Origin: Octopus sinensis
Taxonomy: Eukaryota
Reading direction: 5' to 3'
Assembly: GCF_006345805.1 (NCBI RefSeq)
Contig: NC_043004.1
Location: 30,070,001 to 30,134,000, forward strand
DNA: 64,000 nt
The notes under the pieces were generated by a model, which saw only the letters and a program-made list of their open reading frames with translations, ran no database searches and was not told the origin of the DNA. Positions 25,066 to 38,160 of this stretch are shown piece by piece; positions within the stretch are counted from its first letter, which is position 1, and every line of letters begins with the position of its first letter. A program made the position numbers and the translations under genes.

Positions 25066-25343
25066 CGTATCTCTTCTGATTTGGATCTTTCTCCTTAAAA
25101 ACAATTCGATTCTGGGTCTTGACTAATCACCCTTCAACTATAAATTCTAAATAATGATATTTTTCTTTAAAAAATACTTTCTTTCATGGAAATTCCTTTG
25201 CTCGCTGGTTTTCTGTAGCGGTTAGTTTTAGGCATGATTGACTTAGATCAATAAGCATGCCCATCCAATGAGTATGAGGCATTATTATCTTCTCATGAAA
25301 CTCCAAGATTTAGTCATCATTTGTTAGTATGGTAGTGCTTAAA

Positions 25344-25436
25344 CCATCCATCCATCCATCCATCCATCCATCCATCCATCCATCCATCCATCCATCCATC
25401 CATCCATCCATCCATCCATCCATCCATCCATCCATC
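25344..25436. repeat. (ATCC)n microsatellite
   Basis: Directly visible. Confidence 0.95.
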
Positions 25437-25556
25437 ATACATACATACATATGTACCTATATAATGTCCCCTAGCATGACCGCAGCCGCATGGCTGAAAC
25501 GAGTAAAATAGTGTGTGTGTGTGTATGCGTATATATATATATATATGTGTGTGTGT

Positions 25557-25607
<51 letters not shown>

Positions 25608-25948
25608 GCATACACACACAAGCGCACACACATATATATAGTCTACTGACTAAGCTCTTGTTTAACTGCAGGTCATCGCTGATCAAGCTGACATACGAGA
25701 AATGGTGTTTGAGACGTAACTATCACATCTTAATTTCAGACGGTGTGTCTTAGACTACATTATCCAATTTGTCTTTTAGAGCGACAGTGCTATTTATTGT
25801 AGATCGAACGACCAATGAAAAGCTTTCCTCATTGGCTCGTTGCACGGAACCTCAGACCTTACTCTACCGTCTTTGTTCAGGTTTGTCGTTCAGATCCTGG
25901 TCAGTTTTGATGGACAGGCCTTTGATTAAAAGACTTCAGCTCTTTTAA

Positions 25949-26203
25949 GTCGGCAAAATAATTACTAGCCTAGTATTGGAATTGATCAACCCTTCCAGGT
26001 CGATAAGATAATTATCGCTCAAGTATTGAGTTTTATCAATCCTTCCGGATCGACAAAATAATTACCAGTCAAGTATTGTGATTGATCACTTTTTCCCCAC
26101 ATCGATAAAAATAACTACCAGTCAAATATTGAGTTTGATCAGAATTTACCCCAGCAGATCGATAAAATAAAAACCAATCAAGCATTGGGATCGATTGCAT
26201 CAG
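25949..26203 (+). repeat. Five degenerate 50-57-bp tandem units derived from a SINE core
   Basis: Units start at 25949, 25999, 26049, 26101 and 26158 (TCGATAAAATAATTACCAGTCAAGTATTG-like); they match the SINE core GTCGATAAAATAAGTACCAG near 48389. Confidence 0.8.
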
Positions 26204-26346
26204 CATTACATTTCTCTAAATTCTAAGTTGTAATTTGAAATGAAACTGTAAAGGGACATAACTTAATATTATAAATCCTTTAAGACCGTCGCTCAGCCGA
26301 TTCTGCCGCTCAGTGTTAGAAATACTTGCACACACACACACACACG

Positions 26347-26384
<38 letters not shown>

Positions 26385-26395
26385 ACACACACACA

Positions 26396-26461
<66 letters not shown>

Positions 26462-27129
26462 GCACGCACACACACTCATCGTAATTTATGCAAATGACCT
26501 AGTCCTATAATGTGTCCTACTTTTGTATGTGTCTCTGTCGCTTGGTTGCAAGAGATAAGGTTGGACAATTGTTTGTACTGTTGATACCTACTGAGTTAAA
26601 AACATGCTCACAATTGTCCTATTATATCCAGACAATAAACCTATCTCTTCCTCAATGGCATAACAGCTTTGAAGAATCCTTGATTCCTGAGATTATCTCT
26701 CTTTCAAATCTAGAGCTGTTCTCAAGCATCATGTGGTAATTGTGACACATCCTCCAGAGGCAGAGATAATAAAAAAAAAACACAAGAAGTTATGCGCTAA
26801 GGTTTTTGACATGGCTGTATTTGTCTATATTCATATGCATGCCACTGGCCAATCTTAGTTATTTCTCTTAGCTGATTAGTGTGTGTGTGTCTGTCTGTCT
26901 GTGCGTGCGTGTGTATGTGTGCTTGTCTGTCTGTCTGTCTGTTTCTCTCACACATACACACATACATTAAAGGGAGAATGAGTTGTAGAAATTGCAACAT
27001 GGCGTACTAAAACGTTCTACAGTATTTAATCGCGTCATTCTGATTTTTTAGGTTCATATTCTGCTCGGGCTGATTTTGCTACGAATACTTCGTATTGTTA
27101 TATTTGTGGAATACCAGTGGCTTGAACTT

Positions 27130-27570
27130 AGATACACATATTAACAGTTTACTCTCTATCCATCCCTCTTTTCTCGTCCACTATTCCCGAAAGAGTATTT
27201 GGAGAGAGTTCTCAAGCTCCTCCTCCATAGATTTTCCATTTGGCTTTCTAAGCATGACCAACTGAGGTTATGGATATCATTCAACCATTTCGTTCTTGGT
27301 TTACATCTAGGTCTTCTGCCAATTGGCTCGTCTTCAAAAATCCGTCTTGCAATTCTTTCCTGTGACATTTTCATGTCATGTCTGAAGTACCGGAATTTTG
27401 AGCTCTCAATGCGTAGAAGTAGCACTTTGCTTCAATAAAAAATTCTCTAACATCAGACAGACTGACATCAAGAAACATACCAATATCATCTCTTTTGGGA
27501 TTAATCAGCTGAAACAACAGCCATTTCATCCGCGCAGACGCTATGATGACAGAAGACGACGTCATCACCC
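27130..27570 (-). mobile_element. Degenerate RTE LINE 3' fragment
   Basis: LLLRIESSKFRYFRHDMKMSQERIARRIFEDEPIGRRPRCKPRTKWL resembles the RTE C-terminus (WFGHV.RM...GRRPRGRPRTRW). Confidence 0.7.
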
Positions 27571-29104
27571 TTTCGACTAATTAGTTAGTGTGTCTACTTT
27601 GTCAACAGACGTACCTAAGTCATCTATTTTCTGAGAAATCAGCGACTAAGAGCGATGCTGTATTAGCAGGAATCAATGTTAAAATATATCAAGGAAGCGC
27701 TTTTCTAACTGAAAATGTTGGGTTTAAATTTTGGTACAAGGCCAGCAATTTTGGGGGAGGGATTAAGTCGATTACATCGACTCCAGTGCTTAACTGACAC
27801 TTATTTTATGGACCCCGAAAAGATGGAAGGCAAAGTCGACCTAAGCAGTATTTGAACTCAGAACGTAAAGACTGACGAAATGCCCACTAAGCATCTTGCC
27901 CAGCTTGCTAACGATTCCGCCAGCTCACCACCTTTTTCCAATTGAAAAATATTGGTAATAGCTTTTTTTTAAAAATTTAATAGATGTAGCTATGAGCAGA
28001 AAGGCCAGTTAATACTGTCCCCTAAATGTACCTCTTTCGTATGAATATAAACAGATCCAGTATTTGGCTGCTATGGCATTTTCTTTTTATCGATACGGGG
28101 AGGAAGAAAAAGCAAAGTTGATCTTGGCAGGATTCAAATTCGGAATATATAGTAAAAAGTTGTGCAGGAGTTTTGCCCAACGTTTCAGTGTTTGTGCTAA
28201 TGCACAGATGTGAGAAATCATTGTTAAAAGATGGTAGTTGGATGAGAGAAGAGATGGAATCGTGGTCTTATTGAAGAGAAATGCTGAGGTGAGAGAACAG
28301 GTGGATTAGCGAATAGATAAACTGTCTAATGAGGGCGATAAAATAAAATACCAGTTAAGTTGCGATGTCTATTAAATATGTACTACTCCTTCCCCAACTG
28401 TTGTAGGTTTTGTGTTGATCTAAGCGATCATTATTTATACGCCAATGAATGAATAAATAAATAAATGTATAGAAGAAGAAGAAGGAGAAGGAGGAGAAGA
28501 AGAAGAAGAAGAAGAAGAAGAAGAAGAAGAAGAAGAAGAAAGGGATGCTTATTATCGGGAAATTGTTAAAAAGTATTGCGTAGTAGCCCTGTAATACTAT
28601 AAGCCTCCACATATTAAACATCAGTCATACGCGCTCGCATGTGAATGTGGTCTAGAGAGTAAATAACAGAAAAGAAATAAAAAGTTAGTGTGAGAAAAAA
28701 ATGTAAATTACAGAATATGGTAGTAAAAAACGAAAGTAAAATTTAGTTTTGGACTGCATCATATAAGAAATAAAAAGGTAGGTGATTTATAGAAAACAAA
28801 CAGTAGCTTAGAGCATTTCGTGGTTAAATCTATTAACGTTTTCAGTTCAAAGACGCCTTTACTTTTCATTCATTTAGGGTCGATTAAATAAAGTAACAGT
28901 TAGGTAATAGGGTTGATTTAATTGTACATGCACCCACCATATAAGTGGGCTTCTGTATAGATGTCAATAAATAACAGGGGAGGAAGAGAGACATATTGGT
29001 GGGTCAAGGAAAGGAGAGAGAGAGAGAACAAGGTTGGGAGTGAGGAAAGGATAAAATATAGGGAGAGGGAGAAAAGAATAGAAGAGAAAAAAGAAGCAAT
29101 AAAG

Positions 29105-29142
<38 letters not shown>

Positions 29143-29145
29143 GTG

Positions 29146-29186
<41 letters not shown>

Positions 29187-29194
29187 GTGTATAT

Positions 29195-29268
<74 letters not shown>

Positions 29269-29679
29269 GAGTCAGTTAAAGAGATACAAAGAAAGAAAAA
29301 GGGGTAAATGGCAGCAGCTTATGTGACCTTCCAACCTTTCATCTTTCCAGGAGCCATGGAGTTTCTTTGAAACGAATGACGTCAGGAAGAGGAAGATAAG
29401 TGACTGGCTTGAGTCAATTTCAAGGGTCAATGATAGCTCAATTGTAATTATCGTTTGATGTTATTTACATCTGAGAAATGCACGATCGCTAACTTAGGTA
29501 CAAGGAAATACATCTTGGACGAGGGCATAATCGATTTACCAACAACGCTCCTTCACTTTATCGATCCCTAAACGATGAATGGCGAAATCGATCTCGATGG
29601 ATTTGAAATCAGTGAGACAAAAGAAATAACTAAACACAAGGCATTTTCCAGTGTTTTACGGATTCTATCACCCAACCAC

Positions 29680-29995
29680 CTCCACTTTCTACTAACCATT
29701 TGCCTTTCCACTTACTAACACCCTTTCTGTCACTCTCCGACATTTCGGCTACCCGCCACCTTTTCTGTTACCCTCCACCCTTTCTGCCACCTTCCGCCTT
29801 TTTACCACCCTTTCTGTCACCCTCTACCCTTTCTGTCACCCTCCATCCTTTCTGCTACACTCCACCTTTTCTTCTACACTCCACCGTTTCTATCCTCCAC
29901 CTTTTCTGTTCTCGAAAATTTCTGCCTCCCTCCACCCTTTCTACCACCCTCCACCACTTCTACCACGCAACACTCTTTTCTGCTACTTTTCCTTA
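29680..29995. repeat. CT-rich ~19-bp degenerate minisatellite
   Basis: Repeats of ACCCTCCACCCTTTCTGTC-like units. Confidence 0.75.
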
Positions 29996-30062
29996 TTCAA
30001 GGAAATAATATAAATATTTAAAAAATATGCAGCAAAATATTACTCGTCAGACGATCTTTTGA

Positions 30063-30220
30063 GGCGCAGGCATGGCTGTGAAGATGTTTGCTTCTCAATC
30101 ATACGATTCCAGGTTCAGTCCCACTGCGTGGTACTAAAGGCAAGTATCTTCTACTATAGCTTCGGGCCGACCAAAGCCTTGTGGGTGGATTTGGTAGACG
30201 GAAACTGAAAAAAATCCGTC

Positions 30221-30225
<5 letters not shown>
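30063..30225 (+). mobile_element. tRNA-derived SINE head (octopus-type)
   Basis: GGCGCAGG...GGTTCAGTCCCACTGCGTGG...GGCCGACCAAAGCCTTGTG...GGTAGACGGAAACTGAAA; homologous to copies at 32041, 56451 and 61103. Confidence 0.8.
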
Positions 30226-30264
<39 letters not shown>

Positions 30265-30303
30265 GCAGAAGGTTGAAAAGGAACACTCGAGTTGAGATAT
30301 TTG

Positions 30304-31148
30304 GAAAAATAAGTCAAGGTAGAAAATGCTAAAATAGTTTTATAAGAAAACATTTCAGTACCGGTTCCAGTCATTAAAACTTTTTCAGTGGTAGAGTATG
30401 GAAAACAAGTGAATTTTGGAAAAATTAAAAGAAAAGTTTTTTGAAAGAATATTTGCATAGTGTTCAAATACATGGAGCATTTCCTTGTTTCTGTCCGTCT
30501 CTGTCTCTCTTGTTTACTCTTGTGGGTTCGTGGTCGTTATGAATTCTTGGCAGGGAAAAAGAAGAAGAAGAAGAAGGGGGAGGAGGAGGAGGAGGAGAAG
30601 AAGAAGAATGCGTGAGTGCCATGATAGTAGTAGGATATTAAATGGTCAAGTGCCCTGAAAGTGACTTGTGGATGGTAGTAGTCATTGAATTCTTGAGACA
30701 TCTCTTTTGAATGTATTGTTTATAAAATTTGCGTAGGTGTTATTCTATTCAGCAATAGTAGTAAAGTTAGGAAGGAGGTGACGAAGAGGAAGAAGACGAA
30801 GAAGGAGAAAGAGAAGGGAGAATAATAAAGGTGATATGATAGTAGTAGGAATCCTACAATTATCATACCACCTGCATTCCTTTATTATTCTCCCTTCTCT
30901 TTCTCCTTCGTCTTCTTCCTCTCCGTCACCTCCTTCCTAACTTTACTACTATTCCTGAATAGAATAACACCTACGCAAATTTTATAAACAATACATTCAA
31001 AAGAGCTGACTCAAGAATTCAATCACTACTTCCATCCACAAGTCACTTTCAGGGCACTTGACCATTTAACATCCTACTACTATCATGGCACTCACGCATT
31101 CTTCTCCTCCTCCTCCTCCTCCTCCTCCTCCCTCTTCTTCTTCTTCTT

Positions 31149-31179
<31 letters not shown>

Positions 31180-31426
31180 TCTGCCACGAATTCCCCATGA
31201 CCTCGAAGCCACAAGAGTAAACAAGAAAGACAGAGACATGCAGAAACAAGGAAAATGCCCCTTGTATTTGAATTCTATGCAAATATTCATTTAAAATCTT
31301 TTCTTTTAATTTTTCCAAAATTTAATTGTTTTCCATACTTACAGTTGAAAAAGTCTCAATGACTGAAACCGATACTGAAATGTTTTTTATAAAATTATTT
31401 TAGCATTTTCTACCTTGACCTTTTTC
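30304..31426. repeat. ~1.1-kb palindrome with 3-nt loop
   Basis: Arms 30304-30849 and 30853-31426 are reverse complements; centre GTAGG-AAT-CCTAC. Confidence 0.92.
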
Positions 31427-31504
31427 TATATATACATATATGTATGTGTGTGTGTGTGTGTGTGCGTGTGTGTGTGAGTGTGTGGTGTGTGTATGTGTGT
31501 GTGA

Positions 31505-31725
31505 GCGTCCTTGAGATTGTGCATGTCCCCCCCCCCACACCGCTTGATAACTGGTGTTTGTGTGTTTACGCCCCCGTTAATTAGCGGTTCGGCAAAGAGC
31601 CCGATAGAATAAGTACAAGTGTTTAAAAAATAATAAATACTGAAGTCGATTCATTCGACTAAAAATAAATTTTCAAAGCAATGCCCCACCATGATTGCGG
31701 TCTAGTGACTGAAACAAGTAAAAGA
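31505..31725 (+). mobile_element. SINE 3' half
   Basis: TTAGCGGTTCGGCAAAG...CGATAGAATAAGTAC...GACTGAAACAAGTAAAAGA; reverse complement of the body at 31779. Confidence 0.75.
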
Positions 31726-31778
31726 CTCACACATACACACACACATGCATGTATGCACTTATGAATAAAATAATTATA

Positions 31779-31979
31779 TTTACTCTTTTACTTGTTTCAG
31801 TCATTTGACTGCGACCATGTTGGAGCACCGCCTTTAGTCGAGCACATCGACCCCAGAACTTATTCTTTGTAAGCCTAGTACTTATTCTATCGGCCTCTTT
31901 TTGCCGAACCGCAAAGTTACGGGGATGTAAACACACCAGCATCGGTTATCAAGCGATGTTGGGGGGATAAACACAGATA

Positions 31980-32029
<50 letters not shown>

Positions 32030-32196
32030 CATATATACGACAGGCTTCTTTCAGTTTCCGTCTACCAAATCCACTCACAAGGCTTTGGTCGGCCCGAGGC
32101 TATAGTAGATGACACTTGACCAAGATGCCACGCAGTGGAACTGAACCCGGAACCATGTGGTTGGTAAGCAATCTACTTACTACACAGCCACTCCTG
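31779..32196 (-). mobile_element. Complete bipartite SINE (tRNA-like head, microsatellite, body)
   Basis: Nearly identical to 60853-61247. Confidence 0.88.
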
Positions 32197-32599
32197 TAAT
32201 ATAAATACGTACACACATGCACACACACACAAGTATGTATATATGTAAGTACGTGTGCATGTATGCATGTATGTATGTTGTGTGCATATTTGTGTGTATC
32301 GCTTTGAGGATATATCTATGTCTATCAAAAATACCTACTAACCTTCTTATACACACATACATACATACATACATACATACATACATACATACATACATAC
32401 ATACATACATACATACATACAAATTCTTTGATTTTAGGTCAATGAGGCTATGGGTAACTGCTAATCGCTGCCGCTGTTAGATTTACCTACAATTTAAAAT
32501 ATTTGGAAAGAAGTCAATTAGTAGAACAGAAGGCAGTAGAACGAAAAAGAACTGTAAAAGATTACTCCGGATGTTTTAAAACGGCTTGATGCTTTAAAA

Positions 32600-33400
32600 A
32601 GGCTTTATGCCAGAGAAAACACCCGTCAGCCGCGTTGTCAAAACATTAAAGCTTGTAACGTGTACAGAAGGAACAAAACATGATGATAGAAAGAAAATTA
32701 AGTCAAGTGTTCAAGAACTGCTCTAAATTTATCTATTCATAATCTAATGTGAGGCTTAAAGCGAGACAGATCTTGGGTGAATGGTTCAAGAATCAGACAC
32801 GACGTAAGGTGCCGTTGAGCCCGATGGTAATTAAAAACGCAAAAGGTTTGTATGGCAATTTGCAGAAAAAGGTATGTGAAACCAAATTAGTTAGTCAGAA
32901 AATCTCTATAAGAGATGGAAGCAGTAACTATAGTAAGAAGTAATGTTTATCGCCACTTCAGCACGATTGTTCCGTTGTAACCGACATTACTACCATTTTA
33001 ACCCCAGGAGGACGCCTCCTCCAGTTGGTTAGTCGATGCTGTCTGCACCTAATATATATTGCAAGCAAGGGAGTGAACCCCTACCATCTTCCAATGGTAA
33101 GGCCACCAAACCGTACGGTTTCGAGTTATTTGTGCACATCCTCAGTAGTGGATACTCGTCCGCTAGAGATAGCGGTTGAAAAACCTTTTCTGGCTGGTAA
33201 AGGCAAGTTTGGAAAGTTTAAGAAGTACTTGAATATATGCAACACAGAAATGACTGGTCAAGTTGCTAGTGCAGATACAGAGGCTGCTACTTATTATTTT
33301 GAGCAGCTTAAGAAAATGATTGCTGAAGAGGGTTACACACCAGAGCAACTGTACAATGTAGATGAAACTGTACTTTTCCGAAAGTTTATGACTGCTATAA
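32600..33400 (+). mobile_element. Degenerate pogo/Tigger transposase remnant with internal insertion
   Basis: GEWFKNQTRRKVPLSPMVIKNAKGLYGNL (CENP-B HTH-like) and FLAGKGKFGKFKK...TGQVASADTEAA...GYTPEQLYNVDETVLF (first DDE aspartate); unrelated sequence at ~32950-33170. Confidence 0.8.
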
Positions 33401-35329
33401 TTTTAATTCTCGAGAAGATAAATCAGTCTCAGGATTTAAATCTTCCAAAAATCATCTTACCTTTCTTCTTGAGGGAAATACCTCTGAGGATATAAAATCA
33501 AAGCATCTACATGTGCACCACACAATGGCGGCTCGTGGATAAAATTAGTTGGGGTGCTGCTTCAGAAAATTTTTAGCCGTTGTTTTAATATTGTGTAAAC
33601 GGAAACAAACATATAAAAAGTAAATTTATACATAAACTTGATCGGTTCGCGTTTTAGCCACTGTCGGGTAGCGTGTTTAATTTGTTCACTGAACACCATA
33701 ACGTATTACCCCTTGTTTTTCAAAAATCTCATCTAAATCACAAAATAAGGGGGGTGGGAATCTGCCCTATTTTTCAAATCCTAGCAGCAACACTGTAACT
33801 GGAAGTAGGATAATGACCTAATTCTACATTTTATCACATTCAAGAATATAAACACGTTTTTAAGCACAACACACGCAGAGTCAAAAAGAAACACTACCTT
33901 CCACCAGCACACCAGGGTCGTCGGCACTACGTGAACCACAGTGCTATCCCTCTCTCTCTCTTTCCCTAGCGTGCAGCTTCTTATCTTGGACATGTGAGCA
34001 TGCGCACAACAGCCAATCACCGCATCGCTGGAACTGTGAAGCGCACAGTTCTATACAAGGATTTTTGTACTTTTTTCATAACCTAAGAGATGAATACTGA
34101 CATTAAGCTTAAGGATTATATAATATACAAGTATAAAGAAAGAATTAAAGAAAAAAGGGCTCATTATATTGAATGCTATCGATAATATCGAGTGGAAATA
34201 GGGGGTGCTGCAGTTCCGCAGGGCCTACACACAAGCCGCCACTGGTACGACACAAAAAATGTAAAAACATTCAAGGTTACACAGTTTAAACGTACCTCTT
34301 GTTTTGCCGTTTAAATAAAAAGGTATGAATGACTTGAGAGCCTTTTTGAATAGTGATTTATAAATATTTTTGTCCTGTAGTTAAAAGATTCAGTGCTCGA
34401 CATAATATGTTCAGCAAAGCATTGCTCCTTTTAGCCAATAAACCAAGCCACGCTCTGAACTTCAATGAGCTTTCTGATAAGACAGAGCAGAATATATTAT
34501 GAAAAATACGATATCTTTACTCCAGCCAATGGAACAAGATGTGATAATTAACTTCTAGTTATATATCTGTAGTGGATCTTGCACGCATGAAGTGGATTCG
34601 ATCCACCATAGCCAAATTTCAAGTAACAGTTCAACACAACTTTTCTCACGGTGGAACAATAGTTTTTCTGTGACAGCAGTTTTACATTTTCCAGATGGTT
34701 GAGCTTGGCTGAAATGATGGCTTCGCCGCTTGACCCTTCTAACCTCTTCTATTTCACCAAAAGCTAGAACCATGATAACAAGAACCACCAACGAAGTCCA
34801 TTGTTCTCAACGATATGTCTATCCTTCTGAATAGTTATAAAAACAAGAACCCTCAAGCAAAAGTCAGTTAGTTTGCAATTTCTTTCTTCACATGCTCCTT
34901 TCCTCAGCGCCTGGCCTTGCGCACGCATCTGCACACATTGTTACACACACACATGCTAACTCTGTCACATTCATGCCCGACACATGCCTTTATCGCTTGT
35001 TTTTCATGCTCCCAGCGCCCTTGTAGACACAACTCATCTCTGTAAGACCCTAGGTCGGTCACGTATACATAGGGAAGGTTGTTTGCCCCTTACACGCGCC
35101 AGCATGCCACACTTTTTCTCTTGCACCATCGAAGCATATAATACCTCATGCACCGGCTGGCATATTCAGCACTGCCTTAATCACTAGCATATTCAACACT
35201 GTACACTGTATATGTAATCAATGCACTAGCATTACTGCCTTAGCCTTGCAAGCCCTTTTGCATAATTGCACACGCACCTCTATTATGCATCTATTGCTTT
35301 GTTTTGCAATACGTCTGTGTCAGCTCAAT

Positions 35330-35671
35330 TTTTTTCCCGACTCAAAGCATGTTGGACGTTCACATGCTTTGCGCTCAGAGCATCACTAATGATCACTCCA
35401 AACACCATGATGTTGACTGGATGTTTGATTTTTATCACTTCCGGGGCGATTTTTATCTCTCCGCACGATTTTTATCACTTCCAGGGCGAATGGCAAGCAG
35501 TACAGCATGTCGTTTCCAAATTTCTGGCAGAGTAAATTGAGTCATGGTGCTGTTTTTCTCACAGACGGTGCCCAACTGACCCTACAGTGTAGTCGACAAA
35601 ATCAAAAACAAACAATGCGCATGCGTAAAATTAAAAATTCAAAATTACCACAGTTTACCCATCACACCCTG
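35330..35671 (-). mobile_element. Internally deleted Tc1/mariner (maT/DD37D-like) element end
   Basis: Minus strand starts TA|CAGGGTG; contains MTQFTLPEIWKRHAVLLAIR and KHPVNIMVFGVI, similar to the maT KHP.xVMVFGV motif. Confidence 0.6.
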
Positions 35672-36639
35672 TACACGCACACGTACATACATACATATAT
35701 AGTGACACACGAAAAGGTCTTAGCCATACGTTAATTTTCGTATTTATTCTGAATGGACATGCAGGTAATTCATATGAATTTAATAGCGTTTTTGGTTTAA
35801 CTCTTGGCTCTAGTTTGCTAAAACACAATGAAAACATTTTGGGAAAAAGTTATCTATAAATTTATATGTGGGTAAATCATCGGCTTGTGGAAAGTTCTAT
35901 GAAGCAAATCATCAGCGTGGAAAGTTCTGTGGAGTAACTCAGCTTTTTATTATTAATCATCAAACTTCCTTGTCCAGGTGACTTGGTCTGCAGCTGCTCA
36001 AATTTTTTTCAGGGTTCGTTCCACCTAATCGATGTTGCTGCTTCTAGACGTTGTGTTGTAGAAGACATATAACGATACACCACCGTCTTTCGTGCAGTTA
36101 CTGCCAAAACCTCGGTCACGATAGTCATTTGTGCGTTCCACCCATTCACCTTCATAAGCTGTATCGCCTGTGCTTGACAATCTTCTTTGTTGTTTAGTGT
36201 AAGCGCGAGGTACATAGTTGATTTTACCTTTATCCCAGTAAACGATTTCTTGCCCATACTACTTGTTTTGCCATCACGGATACTTATATCTTTGTTCCTG
36301 TTGATGCCGTTGCTATTTCTGTCGCTATCGCTGTTGTCAGTTTTGTCATTGCTGCTGGTATCGTTGTTACTTGTGTTGTTAAAAAGGTTATCGTAACTAT
36401 TGTAGTTGTTGTTCTCGAGTTTTTGCTCTTTGATGAAGCTTGTAACAGAATGTGGATTTCCTGCTACCACCTTCTTGAAACTGTTAGTGGGCATTAACGT
36501 CGCCATAATTCCAACGAGAGAAAAGAAAAGCAGACGTAAACAAACAATGTAGTACATGTCCGTTCATACAAAACGGTCAGTATATTAACACAAAAACCGG
36601 AAGAATATTTACAAATGTAAATGTGAACGGTAAAAGCAT

Positions 36640-36881
36640 AAATCTAGTCTATTGCATCAAATGCCAGAATTGTGAAGCGATATATATATATAGGCCAGAC
36701 AGGAAACTCATTATCAGAACGCTCGCGAGTACACCGACAGCAAATTAGAGACCCTGATGTTCGTCAGACCTCATTAAACAACACTTTTGAAACATGTGGT
36801 CAGGAAACGTTTATAATATTTTCATTTTATAAGCTGTACAATGAGAGAGGAATTTTATTGAGGAATTCTAACTCGCTCTAA
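36640..36881 (+). mobile_element. Penelope-like GIY-YIG endonuclease fragment
   Basis: CIKCQNC...YIGQTGNSLSERSRVHRQQIRDP. Confidence 0.75.
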
Positions 36882-36885
36882 ACGG

Positions 36886-36918
<33 letters not shown>

Positions 36919-37079
36919 TAATAATAATAATAATAATAATGATGATGATGATGATGTTGATGACGATGATGATGATGATGATAATAATAATAATGATCCA
37001 TTTTACTATAGGCACAATTTATAACAATATAACTATTGATAGGGGAAATAACACTAATACTAATAATAGCTCTAGTAAC

Positions 37080-37604
37080 GAAAATGAAAATGGATTGTCC
37101 CTAAATAATACTAATACCATGAATTATTTTCCCAGCTGTAATTGTAGAATTAGATCAAAATGTCCGGTATCTGGCCGCTGTCTGGTTCAATATGTAATTT
37201 ATAAATGTACAATAATGACTTTAAATAATAACTATCTTTATTTCGGTTGTTCGGTGGATCTAAAAAAGCGTTTAAACAACCATCTTCCCTCCTTTAGGCT
37301 TAAACATAAGGCAGGTTGCACAACACTGTCCAGTAAAATTTGGGAACTGAAAAGAAAAAATATAGAATTTAACCTGAAATGGGATATAGTAAGAAAGGCA
37401 CAGCCTTATAAAAATAGTAGAGATGGTTGTGAACTTTGTTCAATGGAAACATATGAAATTTTAAAACATAGGAATAATACAAATTTGTTAAATAACCGTT
37501 CTGAAGTAGGAGTATCTTGCATACATCGCACAACCCGTACGTTTATTATTTTAAATAATAATATTCTGACCATTCCTAAATTTTCAAATCCTAATTCTTT
37601 ATAA
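37080..37604 (+). mobile_element. Penelope-like (Neptune-type) GIY-YIG endonuclease domain, RT absent
   Basis: CNCRIRSKCPVSGRCL...VIYKC...YFGCSVDLKKRLNNH...LSSKIWELK...CELCSMETYEI...LLNNRSE. Confidence 0.85.
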
Positions 37605-37759
37605 CCAAATAAGAATGAATATACCATACTAGCTTTTATTCAACAAGCACAGATTACTAAAAAACTTCATTGCATATTTAGAATTAAATTCTCTCTCTCT
37701 TTCTTTCTTTTTTTTTGATAATCTCCTATATTAAATAGAAAAAATTCCATGTTTCTAAA

Positions 37760-38160
37760 GAAATTACTCAGTTCATCTTGATTACCTCACTTCCATTTTT
37801 TATTACATATTATTGACCCCGGATATTTTTACCTAACTGATTAGTTTTTCTCCACGGGTAGTAAATATTATGTCTAACAGATTCTTTTAATTTAATTCAT
37901 TAATAACAAATCACCATCTACTTAATCTAAGAAAATTACTCTTCTGGATTACTTCTCTTCCATTATTTCTAATATATTATCTAATAGATTCTTTTAATTT
38001 GATTCATTAATGATGAATCACCATCTACAAAATCTAAGAAAATTACTCATCTTGATTACTCCTCTTCCACTTTTTCTAATATATATTATTAACTCCTAAT
38101 ATATTCACTTAATTAATAAGACTTTTGTCCACGGTTATTGAATATTATGCCTACTCATAA
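37760..38160. repeat. Degenerate direct repeats downstream of the PLE ORF
   Basis: AAATTACTC...GATTAC...CTTCCA three times; AGATTCTTTTAATTT...TCACCATCTAC twice. Confidence 0.7.

Noticed and set aside
27398-27580. Plus-strand peptide with ISFGINQL resembling the Tlx eh1 motif
   Set aside because: It is the antisense of an RTE LINE fragment; coincidence is most likely.
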